Below are positions 8,529 through 17,900 of a stretch of DNA of 39,642 nt, piece after piece (the first letter of the stretch is position 1; every line of letters begins with the position of its first letter). This DNA comes from a virus. Lineage: Duplodnaviria; Caudoviricetes. The translations under genes were made by a program, and so were the position numbers. A model generated the notes under the pieces. The model made no database searches. It was not told the origin of the DNA and saw only the letters and a program-made list of their open reading frames with translations. The stretch covers positions 1 to 39,642 of the IMG/VR virus record IMGVR_UViG_3300037445_000024; one strand, 5' to 3'.

Positions 8529-9887
8529 TCGTCAACTGCGGCTGGAAACAGGGACCGGAATCCCGGCAACCTAGACTTCACGAAGACCCCTTGGCCTGTT
8601 GCCCCTCTGAACGTTTTTCTGAAGAGCGGGTTCGAGCCAGGGACATTTGATCTATCGTGGACCGACCCGGCTGAGCAGGTCCTCAACGCGAGCTTCAACC
8701 TCCTCGGAGTCAACCTCTATCGCAGTTTCGACTCGGAGTTCGGCCCGTATCAACGGGTCACGGAGCTTCCTGTAGGGGCAAGATTCTGGAGGGACCAGAC
8801 GGACAACGAACTAGTTCTCGATGAGGATGTGTCTAATTCCTTCCTCGTTCGAGGTACGACAGCGGCCGGACAGACGCAACGGCAGTTCGTTTTCCGTGTC
8901 CTACATTGGCCCATCGTCAAAGAGGCGTCTCAGTCCACTCCAGCCAATTCTCCGTTCGACGTCCAGGTCTTCATCGACGGCGTCCAGGCTCGCATCCTTC
9001 GGGTCCATGGGGAGTCCGGAGAGGTAGAGATCGATCCTCGGTACTACGTCGACCCGGCAACTCAGAAGCAGGTTTCACCCATCTTGCCCGTTGATGGCAG
9101 TAGGGTGACGTGCTCGTACCGGTACACTCGTGCACTCGTCAAGACGGATCTCGCTCAGAGGATCTTCTACCGTGTGACGACCGTGGGTATCCCGGTGAAC
9201 ATCAACCCCGAGTTGGCGCAGCCAGAACAAATCGTAGAGACGCCCTTGGAGCATGCGGCGGCTACGAACAACTTCGAGATTGAGAAGCTCGACTACATCT
9301 GGCAGGAGGCGGTTCGAAGGAATCGCTGGATCCTAGAGCAGGGCGGAGAACGTGTGAAGGTCTTCCTTCGAAAGAACGTCGGCCTGACGTGTACCTGCTT
9401 CCCGGACAACTTTCATAAGCAGCCTCTAGCAGACTGCCTTGTGTGCTTCGGCACCGGAATCGTGGGTGGCTATGAAGGCCCCTACGACATCCTGATTGCT
9501 CCCGATGACTCCGAGAAAGCCATCTCCCAGAAAGAGTATGGTCGGAACATCGAGCATACCTTTGAGTCCTGGACGGGACCTGTTCCGTTGCTTTCGCAGC
9601 GAGACTTCATCGTGAAGATCAATGGGGACCGCTACTCGATTGGAGCTGTCAGGCACCCCAACAATCGACAGAACATCCTCCAGCAGCACTTCAACCTTGG
9701 GCACATCGACGAAAAGGACATCCGAAACAAGGTGCCCGTTGGCAGCCCAATCAAGTTCGCTGCAACCCAATTCGCTACAAGTGGCCCCGAGCAGGAGGCC
9801 AGTGCCGATCCTACCCACAAGCCCAACATCCCCGGCGAGCGTCAGCTTGAAGGACGTACGAAGGCTTGGGAGAACATCGAATACTGA
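8526..9887 (+). CDS. Putative neck/head-closure virion protein with a Cys cluster (453 aa)
   Basis: FN3-like N-terminus (DLSWT...GVNLYRS); CTC...CLVCFGTGIVGGY motif of the kind seen in large-phage neck proteins; shares a beta module with the sheath. Confidence 0.6.
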   Translation: MSSTAAGNRDRNPGNLDFTKTPWPVAPLNVFLKSGFEPGTFDLSWTDPAEQVLNASFNLLGVNLYRSFDSEFGPYQRVTELPVGARFWRDQTDNELVLDEDVSNSFLVRGTTAAGQTQRQFVFRVLHWPIVKEASQSTPANSPFDVQVFIDGVQARILRVHGESGEVEIDPRYYVDPATQKQVSPILPVDGSRVTCSYRYTRALVKTDLAQRIFYRVTTVGIPVNINPELAQPEQIVETPLEHAAATNNFEIEKLDYIWQEAVRRNRWILEQGGERVKVFLRKNVGLTCTCFPDNFHKQPLADCLVCFGTGIVGGYEGPYDILIAPDDSEKAISQKEYGRNIEHTFESWTGPVPLLSQRDFIVKINGDRYSIGAVRHPNNRQNILQQHFNLGHIDEKDIRNKVPVGSPIKFAATQFATSGPEQEASADPTHKPNIPGERQLEGRTKAWENIEY

Positions 9888-10375
9888 TGGCCAAGGACGG
9901 AAGCATCTACCTGAAACCTCTCACGAGAGGTCTTGTTCCGGCCAACATCGAGATTCGGCCGGAGAAGTTCATCACGATTCTCGCCAAGGAGTTGGGGCGC
10001 CGTATGCGTGCTCGTCTCCGAGAGTCCGCCTTCTCGGAAAAGGCCAAAGTTGCGCTCGCGAAGGCAATGAAGATCACGACTGGCCTCAAGACGGTCACGC
10101 TCGTGGTCGATCACCCGGCCTGGAAGCCCCTCACGGAGGGTCAAAAGTCAGGCCAAATGCTCTGGCTCAGGAAGGCGCGACGGCCCATCCCCATCGTCCT
10201 CAAGGATGGAACGCTCATCTTCCGCAACGCGACGGCTCGTTCGTTCGCGAATGGTCGTTGGGTCCATCCGGGACGGCCCAAGGCAGACTTCGTCGAGAAG
10301 GCGAAGCAAGAGGTGCGTGAGCAACTCAAGAAGAAGATCAAGTCGGAGGTTCGCAAGATCCTCCTCGGGAGATGA
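9887..10375 (+). CDS. Basic virion morphogenesis/tail-completion-like protein (162 aa)
   Basis: ATG overlaps the upstream TGA; K/R-rich; C-terminal WVHPGRPKADFVEKA resembles HK97 gp10-like neck proteins. Confidence 0.5.
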   Translation: MAKDGSIYLKPLTRGLVPANIEIRPEKFITILAKELGRRMRARLRESAFSEKAKVALAKAMKITTGLKTVTLVVDHPAWKPLTEGQKSGQMLWLRKARRPIPIVLKDGTLIFRNATARSFANGRWVHPGRPKADFVEKAKQEVREQLKKKIKSEVRKILLGR

Positions 10376-10968
10376 ACATGGCCGTTATCAGAGTCGTCGG
10401 CATCGTTGACGGCAAGACCCAAGTCATTGAGGACATCCAGGTAGCAGTGCCCTATCGGGTTCCCGTAGAGATCCCTATGGAAAAGGCCCACATCTCCAAG
10501 GACCTATGGAGGATGCTAGGCCAAAGGCTCATTTTCAAGCTCGACGGAGGCCCGATCGATCGACTGATGGTTGTCGAAGAGGCCCCGCAGAAACTTTCTC
10601 CCTCTCCGACGCCGGTAGCTGTCTCCGTTGTGGCGGAGGATTCCGTCAAGAAACGACTCTCTCAGGTGGAACGGGAAAACGAGTCTCTGAAGTCCAGCCT
10701 CGTTGAGCAGGGTCGAATGCTCGAAGCAATCTTGCAAGCCGTCAAGAGCCCAGTCGTGGTTCAGCAAGTCGTATCGACGCCTACGTCCGTGGCCCCACCC
10801 ACTGAAGTCGTGGATGAGGGCGTGCCGATGTTCATCCCCTCCCAGATCAAGCCCGAGATTGGGGACTCGAAGATTGAGGTCCAGAAGAGCGCCACCGGTA
10901 GCACGGCTGTCTCGGAAGCCAGTGAAAAGCTGAAGAAACTGCGGCAGCAGAAACAAGGCTCGCAATAA
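10372..10968 (+). CDS. Hypothetical protein with coiled coil and C-terminal amphipathic helix (198 aa); candidate actin partner
   Basis: ATGA overlap with the upstream gene; central coiled coil, P/V-rich linker, C-terminal SEASEKLKKLR. Confidence 0.7.
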   Translation: MNMAVIRVVGIVDGKTQVIEDIQVAVPYRVPVEIPMEKAHISKDLWRMLGQRLIFKLDGGPIDRLMVVEEAPQKLSPSPTPVAVSVVAEDSVKKRLSQVERENESLKSSLVEQGRMLEAILQAVKSPVVVQQVVSTPTSVAPPTEVVDEGVPMFIPSQIKPEIGDSKIEVQKSATGSTAVSEASEKLKKLRQQKQGSQ

Positions 10969-10998
10969 TGCTTTTACGGTCTAGGTACCGTAGACGCT

Positions 10999-11388
10999 AT
11001 GCATCCTGTTCAGGCTTCACTACTCTCCGAGGTGGAAGAGGTCATGATCCGTGTCGCTGCGGCGGCCCTGTGGAAGTACACAGATCATGAGGGGCGAGAC
11101 TTCTACCTCGATGAGAAGAAGGCGACCCTGAAGTCTCCCTACGATGGGAAGGTCTTCTCGGCGAAGCCTCAACGCGTGAAGGCGGCTTCAGATCCACATA
11201 CCGTCGAGGCCGGAAAGAAGATGCCCCAAATCGCGATGGGGGCTTTGACCTATTACGCGGTGCCGGATTCGGAGAAGGGGTTCTGGCTCCCGGAGAAGAA
11301 GGGTCGTGTCTTCTCTCCTTGGAACGGTCAGCCGTTCAAGTCTTCGACGGCGTCCGAAAACCCCTACCTGCTGGATGACAATGGCTGA
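10999..11388 (+). CDS. Hypothetical protein with two internal ~32-aa repeats (129 aa)
   Basis: ALWKY..GRDFYLDEKK..LKSPYDGKVF versus ALTYY..EKGFWLPEKK..VFSPWNGQPF. Confidence 0.7.
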   Translation: MHPVQASLLSEVEEVMIRVAAAALWKYTDHEGRDFYLDEKKATLKSPYDGKVFSAKPQRVKAASDPHTVEAGKKMPQIAMGALTYYAVPDSEKGFWLPEKKGRVFSPWNGQPFKSSTASENPYLLDDNG

Positions 11389-12100
11389 GCGCGAAGATGA
11401 CGCAACTCATGCCATTTGGCATGAGCCACTGACGTACGACTACCTTCGTGAGGGGCCCCCATACCTCAAGACGGCGTCCGGTCCGATCGACTGGACTGCG
11501 ATGTTGGACGTCGCGAACCTAGAGCTTGAAGGGGTGGAGCCTGATTCGGCCGAAGCGGTTGGGCTTCAGGAGCGCATCGACAACCTCAAGATGCTAGCCG
11601 CGATGACTCCAAAGGAGAATCGCTGGCCGAATGATGACTTGGGGGTAGTTCTTGCCTACCTGCGCGCTCTCGGCTTCCTGTACCAGTCGTATCACTGGCG
11701 TGCCAAGGGAACCCCATTCTATGGGGACCATCTCCTCTTCGAGCGCCTCTACAACGAGCTGTTGAAGGACATCGATAGCCTCGCCGAGCGCATCGTTGGT
11801 ATCTCCAATGGTGGTGGGGACCAGACGATTGATCCCATCCGTCAGTCTTACCAGATCCACGAGATTGTCGAGCACCTCGACAAGCCGCTCGATGACGAGG
11901 AAGCCAAGCCGAAGACCGATAACGACGCCATTCGCGCCCTCAACGCGGAGATGGCGTTCTTGAAGATCGTGGACCTTGTCGTGGAGGCTCGCGATTACAC
12001 CTCACGAGGCACCGACAATCTACTGGCGGATCTTCAAGATCGCCACGAAGCCAACTGCTATTTGCTCCAGCAACGTGCAGCACCCGACTACAACCGATGA
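11381..12100 (+). CDS. Dps/ferritin-like protein with an N-terminal extension
   Basis: YHWRAKGTPFYGDHLLFERLY...DIDSLAERI matches the Dps signature HW..G..F...H..FE.LY...D..AER; start at 11375 or 11381. Confidence 0.8.
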   Translation: MAEREDDATHAIWHEPLTYDYLREGPPYLKTASGPIDWTAMLDVANLELEGVEPDSAEAVGLQERIDNLKMLAAMTPKENRWPNDDLGVVLAYLRALGFLYQSYHWRAKGTPFYGDHLLFERLYNELLKDIDSLAERIVGISNGGGDQTIDPIRQSYQIHEIVEHLDKPLDDEEAKPKTDNDAIRALNAEMAFLKIVDLVVEARDYTSRGTDNLLADLQDRHEANCYLLQQRAAPDYNR

Positions 12101-12134
12101 ACCCATCGGCTCAAAACCAGAAGGAATCAAACAT

Positions 12135-13154
12135 ATGGCACAAGCAGACCCCACAGTTCGACCCGGCGTCGGACTAGACATCGGCACCATGAACATCGTC
12201 TCGGCTCGGTACGAGGACGATGACAAGGTGGGGACCAAGCGCATCCGAGATGCGTTCCTCGACCTGGAGCCAGAGGCCAAGAGGCAGCTTCGCCTCTCCA
12301 AGGCGAACTACGTCGAAAAGGGTGATGCCCTGATCGTGCTAGGGGATTCCGCGTTGACGATGGCGAACATCTTCAAGCGTGATGTTCGCCGCCCTCTTTC
12401 GAAGGGCCTCATCTCGTCGGGTGAGATCGAGGGGCAAGAGGTTCTCTCGATCATGATCGGGCAAGTCCTCGGCAAGCCCTCCACCGATGGGGAGCACTGC
12501 TTCTACTCGGTGCCGGCAGAGCCGATCGACAACCCAGGTCAAGACGTCATCTACCACACTGAAGTCTTCCGCAAGATCGTGACTGAGCATGGCTACACGG
12601 CCCATCCGATGAATGAGGCCATGGCGATCGTCTACAGCCAGTGCGCCGCTGAGAACTTCTCGGGGCTCGCCGTTTCGTTTGGCTCCGGTATGTGCAACGT
12701 GGCCCTCTCGTACCAAACGCAGATGGGGCTGAGCTTCTCTCTCGCGCGGGGAGGGGACTGGATTGATGCCGGCGCCGCAAAGGCTCTCGGTAAGTCCCCC
12801 TCGCAGGTTTGCGCCATCAAGGAAAAGGGAGTGGACCTCCTGAAACCGGAAGGGCGTGAAGCCGAAGCAGTGGCCCTCTACATCCGGGCTCTCGACTCGT
12901 ACTGCATCGACAACATCGCCGTGCAGTTCCGGAAGAGTTCTGGGGGGTTCCAATTGCCGGAATCGATCCCCTTCATCCTCTCTGGTGGCACCACGAAGGC
13001 GGGCGGGTTCGTTGACCTGTTCAAGCAGGAGTTCGAGAGCCGCCGCAAGAAGGGCTTCCCGATCGAGATCAGTGAGATTCGGGTCGCCAAGGACCCCATG
13101 ACGTCTGTTGCTGAAGGTCTCCTCGTTCTCGCTGGCGAAGAACACGCAATCTGA
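12135..13154 (+). CDS. Actin-fold ATPase, volactin-like (339 aa)
   Basis: SD AAGGA then ATG 12135; phosphate-1 GLDIGTMN, connect-1 MNEAMA, phosphate-2 SFGSGMCN, ARGGDWID, adenosine ILSGGTT, connect-2 PMTSVAEG. Confidence 0.85.
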   Translation: MAQADPTVRPGVGLDIGTMNIVSARYEDDDKVGTKRIRDAFLDLEPEAKRQLRLSKANYVEKGDALIVLGDSALTMANIFKRDVRRPLSKGLISSGEIEGQEVLSIMIGQVLGKPSTDGEHCFYSVPAEPIDNPGQDVIYHTEVFRKIVTEHGYTAHPMNEAMAIVYSQCAAENFSGLAVSFGSGMCNVALSYQTQMGLSFSLARGGDWIDAGAAKALGKSPSQVCAIKEKGVDLLKPEGREAEAVALYIRALDSYCIDNIAVQFRKSSGGFQLPESIPFILSGGTTKAGGFVDLFKQEFESRRKKGFPIEISEIRVAKDPMTSVAEGLLVLAGEEHAI

Positions 13155-13167
13155 CGAAGAGGTTTTG

Positions 13168-14361
13168 ATGTATCATTACCTCATCTCAGCACTCAAGAGG
13201 CGGCTCGTTCTGGAGCTGAAAGACATCTTCTCTAGGCACCCCGTCTACGAGAAAGTTGTCCCCTACATCCAGAACAAATACAGCTTCGACGAGCGCCCCC
13301 AATACGGAATTGTCGTCAAGGGGTCTACCGCCAACAAGGTAGCTCTATCGGGCGACAACTACCTCGGGACTATCGAGAGCTACTTGATGCTGGCGTACGT
13401 CAATCAGCCAGCATACCCCATCGAATGGGTGCGAGAAGACACGCCGACGATCCAGGCGAATAACAACGTCTTCCCATTGGCGCCAGGCATCTATTACATC
13501 GATGTCCTGTCGGTGCCGACGCCAGACCAACAACCTGGCCAGTTCATGATCGATCCACTCATTCGAGTGACCGATGAACCGGTTCTCCAGTTCCAATCCG
13601 GGATCGAGCGAGAGGCCCAACTTCAGGTTCCCCCTCTCCAAAATACGCTCCGTCTTTGGGAGAATCGCCGCTACCTCCTCAAGGAGGGTACCGACTACAC
13701 AATCGACTACAAAACCGGAGCAATCACGCTGAAGGGCCGGTACAACAGGAGTGCCATCCTGACGGCGGACTACTTCTACCCAGTCGATTCGATGGGTCCC
13801 TTCAACTTCTACTGGAACACTTCGGACGCTACGAGCCTACCGGGCGTCGTGATGGCGTTTGGTAAGCGCGCACGTGTCGGCGACAAGGTGGCAGTCGTCA
13901 TCTATCCGGATAGAGTCGACACCGCTCAGGCATTTGGAGGCAAGTTGGAGCTGACGTTCGACGTTGACGTCATAGCCCAAGATCCCGCCCAAATGGAGGA
14001 GATTGCCGACCACGCGATGATCTCTCTTTGGTCTGAAAAGAAGCCCGCCTTGGAGACGGAGGGGATCGAGGTCCTTGACGTTTCGATCAGTGGGGAAGCG
14101 GAAGAGATGCAGGACGAAACGGCCCAAATCTTCTTTTACACGGCCTCCATGAGTGTGCAGTTGCGGTCTGATTGGGAAGTACACATCCCGTTGCCGCTCA
14201 CGTTGACGCTCGTTTCGGATGCCCCAGCGGACATCCCAACCGACGACAACCGAGGAACGACTGCCAAGTCCGGACTCAAGGTCGTCTCGAATGGGCTCGT
14301 CTACGCGACAGTACCTATCATGATCCCTGGCCGAAATGCGGACTTCGAACGAATCACATGA
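13168..14361 (+). CDS. Putative neck/tail-terminator virion protein (397 aa)
   Basis: SD GAGG then ATG 13168; EGTDYTIDYKTGAITL..TADY structural module; C-terminal FDVDVIAQD...SMSVQLRSDW resembles tail-terminator folds; lies just upstream of the sheath. Confidence 0.55.
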   Translation: MYHYLISALKRRLVLELKDIFSRHPVYEKVVPYIQNKYSFDERPQYGIVVKGSTANKVALSGDNYLGTIESYLMLAYVNQPAYPIEWVREDTPTIQANNNVFPLAPGIYYIDVLSVPTPDQQPGQFMIDPLIRVTDEPVLQFQSGIEREAQLQVPPLQNTLRLWENRRYLLKEGTDYTIDYKTGAITLKGRYNRSAILTADYFYPVDSMGPFNFYWNTSDATSLPGVVMAFGKRARVGDKVAVVIYPDRVDTAQAFGGKLELTFDVDVIAQDPAQMEEIADHAMISLWSEKKPALETEGIEVLDVSISGEAEEMQDETAQIFFYTASMSVQLRSDWEVHIPLPLTLTLVSDAPADIPTDDNRGTTAKSGLKVVSNGLVYATVPIMIPGRNADFERIT

Positions 14362-14373
14362 GAGGAGATCCAG

Positions 14374-14814
14374 ATGCCCAAGTATAGCTTTGAATGCCAA
14401 CAGGAAGGCTGCAACGTCCGGTTCGAAAAGACTCTCAAGATGGGGGAGCACCTATCGTACCCTTGCCCGGCCTGCAAAGAACAGGCCCCTCGTCTTTGGA
14501 AGGACGATGGATTTGGGTTTCAGTTCTCCGAGGGTGGGAAGGCAGTAGCCAACTCAGGTGTACACAGCCATGACTACCCAACGGCCGATATGGCTGTAGG
14601 GCGTTCTGCCGACAAGAAGTGGGCTGAGTACAAGGAGCGCCAGAAGGTCAAGCAAGCTGCCAGGCAACAGGGTGGGACGAATGCCCTCATCCGCCACAAC
14701 GGTGAGGGGTTCATCGATTATGAGCCCATGAGTGATGGGGGCGTCGTGGCACGTCGGAATCTCGCGGATGCAGCCATCAAGGCGATGCGTGAACGACGCG
14801 ACGGCGGCAAGTGA
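14374..14814 (+). CDS. FmdB-family zinc-ribbon protein (146 aa)
   Basis: MPKYSFECQQEGCNVRFE...CPAC; SD GAGGAG. Confidence 0.8.
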   Translation: MPKYSFECQQEGCNVRFEKTLKMGEHLSYPCPACKEQAPRLWKDDGFGFQFSEGGKAVANSGVHSHDYPTADMAVGRSADKKWAEYKERQKVKQAARQQGGTNALIRHNGEGFIDYEPMSDGGVVARRNLADAAIKAMRERRDGGK

Positions 14815-14986
14815 CTAGTTAATCCATCGTTTGGCCCCAAGAAAGTAGACGGCGCTCGGGCGATGTACCCGTTCGGTCCCAAGACCCAGATCCCCATCAG
14901 ATAGACAGATGGTTTTTCGGTTCCTTCTATCAAGACCCACACTCGAATCGAATTTTTCTCACCGAACCTGATTAGGGAGACTCGGA

Positions 14987-17900
14987 ATGCCGCTTGGACC
15001 GTTCTCAACGTACGTTCCCCCGGGCGTATACACCCGGACCCTCACTGAGGCCAATGTCGCGAATCTCGTGGCGGGCCTCCGCCTTCCCGTCATCATCGGC
15101 GTAGGGCAAGAGGAGCTGGAGCAGGATGACCTGGAGATCGTTCGTGGATCCAGCTCCAATCTCGACGAGCAGATCGTCGCCGAAGACATCAGCGAATCTT
15201 GGGTAGTCGATGAGACGAACCCCGCCAACCCGATTCTGGGGGCGCAGAACGGTTCGCTCGTCAAGTTCAAGGTCAAGAACATCCCCATCGTCGATGGCCA
15301 GGGCTTCGGCCGGGTCAGCAACGACGTCCGCTCCGTGACGGTCACCGTCAACGGTATCCCGGTGGCGGTTGGCTCCGTTCAGGGCGCCAAGGGTTACGTG
15401 ATCCTTCAGGTGCCGACGCAGCCGACCGACGTGGTCCGTTGCACCTACTTCTTCCACCGTGGCGACACGGCGTTCTCGGACGACGTCTCCGACCAGGTGA
15501 CGTCGACGGGCGCGGTCCTCATCTCCCCTGGATTCGAGCCGTACGCGATCACGACGGGCTCCTCGGACACCTTCACGTTCAACGTGAACGGCGCCGACAA
15601 GACGGTGGTCTTCACGAACGCCCTCGCGGCGACGGCGGCCCAGCTCAAGGCCCAGATCGATGCGCTCGTGGTGCCGGGCCTCTCGACGTCGGTCTTCGTC
15701 GACAACGAGGGTCGCAGCCACCTCCAGCTCAACTCAGCGGTTTCGCTCTCGATCGGTTCCGGCAATGCGAACGGCCCCCTAGGCTGGACGCCCGGTACTG
15801 CGACGAGCCGCAATGTCACCTTCCGTGTGTTCCAGCGCCCCATCGTGGACGGTTCGTCTGGTGGTGTGACGACGACGGATCCCTCCAAGGTGGTCGTCAA
15901 GGTCAACGGGACGCAGGTCCTCGCGACGGCGGTGGACGGCAAGAACGGCCTCGTGACCCTACCGACGCCTCCTGCGGCCGGTTCGACGGTCACCGTCGAC
16001 TACTTCGCCAACACCTGGCAGGACACGTTCGACTACCTCCCCAACACCCTGGTGACGAGTGTCATCCGCGCCGGTATCTCGCCGGGCCGTTCGGACTACA
16101 TCCAGAACCAGGACTTCGTGGTTTCGAACCCGAGCCCGGACGTTTCGATCGTCCACTGGGGGACGTCGTTCTCGGTTGCGTCCTCGACGCGCCAGAACCC
16201 GGCCTCGGCGGCCTTCGATGGCACGCAGATCAAGCCGTCGCTCGTGGACGACAAGCTCTACTCGGCGCTCTGCACGCGCGTGGTGGACACCTCCGTGGTG
16301 CCCTCGGTCGTCTCGACCAACCAGTTCACGCTCCCTGAGGTTCCGACGACCGGAAACGGCCGCGACACCCCGCTAGGTCTGCCGCTGTTCAACTCGGTGA
16401 CCAATGGTCGCTTCGACCTAGAGACGTTCCGTCCTGACCTCATCGTGGTCCACACGGGCCGCAACCTCCTCGACGCCCTCAATCGTCCGGCCGCCAAGGT
16501 GGTCGCCGTCGAGGGACAGAAGATCACTCTCAAGGACTCGGTTTCGCCCGATCACAACGCCTACGCGACGTTCTGGTACAACCGTATCGTCGATGACACC
16601 TACGTCTTGACCTGCAAGGTTGCGGGCGGCGTCGGTGCAGGCCAGTACGAGGTATTCTCGTCGGTCCTCAACGAGAACCTCTTCCAGGTGCGCTTCGGCA
16701 CCAAGGGCAGCGGTCTCACGGAGACGGTCAACTGGCCGCGTGGCGTGGAGCAGATCCCCGACGCGTTCCACGTTGGCGTGACGGGCGCTGTCCCGGTCTC
16801 CGAGGTCGTGACGGTCACCTTCGGTTCGTCTCCGGCCGAGAACGCGGTCTACACGAACAAGGCTGCTGAGCCGTACTCGTTCTTCGCGGGTACGTCGGCG
16901 ACATGGGTCACCCGTCTCAACGGGGCTACGTCGAGCTTCGACGTGTCGACGACGCTTTCGGGCGCTGGCGTGGGCTACCTCGTGGGTGCACACGTTCCGG
17001 TCATCCAGAGCGGTCCCGACACCGGCAAGATCACCGTTCCGGTATCGCCGAACAACGTCCTCAAGCTCACCATCGACACAGGCTCGGTCACAGGCGCAAC
17101 GAACGCTCAGACACTCGACGTCGATGTGGCGCTGACGGCGGGTAACCGCACTCCGACGCAGATTTGCACCGACATCAACACCGCTCTGAGCGCTGCCCTT
17201 ACGGCAGAACTCGGGTCGACGACGGTGACGCTTGCGAACTTCGTGCAGGTCGGCGGTCTATCGACGTCGGATGTCATCTTCTACATCAAGAGCTTCTCGA
17301 CGCCTGCGTCCCTACCGGACGGCTTCGATGCGGTTTCGTATGCGGCTATCCGTCAGGGTACCGCAGAGGGCGTCCTTGGTTTCACGGCGTTCCAGCGTGC
17401 TGACGGCACGACGGGCGCCATCTGCAAGCCTGCGACGCTGCTCGCCAGCAAGACGGGTCCGTTCGTCTTCACGACGGGCTTGAACGATACGTTCAAGTTC
17501 CGCATGAACGGAATCGACTACACGGTGACGATCCCCAACTCGGCAACGTCGGTGGCGGACGTCATCACGGCGATCACCAGCGTGATCTCGGGTGTGGCGA
17601 CCAACGGAACCCTCGGCAACTTGGGTCACCTCCGTCTCACGAGCACGACCAACAACGAGTCGTCGAGCCTCCTCATCCTGGACGGCAACGCGAACTCGAC
17701 GCTTGGGTTCACGGAGAACCAGCTCGCCGTCCAGACGAAGGTCAAGGCTCAGGAAGTCTGCGACAAGCTCAATGCGACGTCGGGCTGGCTCAGCAAGGCC
17801 ATCGCATACCCAAGCACCTTCGCGGGCGAGGGGACGTTCATCACCATCGAGTCCATCACGACGGGCGCCGCTGGTTCCAGCGTCGGCTTCACGGACTCGG

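Noticed and set aside
11976-12134. Longest-ORF N-terminal extensions (also at 13108, 21745, 27904, 28812)
   Set aside because: They overlap upstream genes or leaders; downstream starts have SD sequences and coincide with domain starts.
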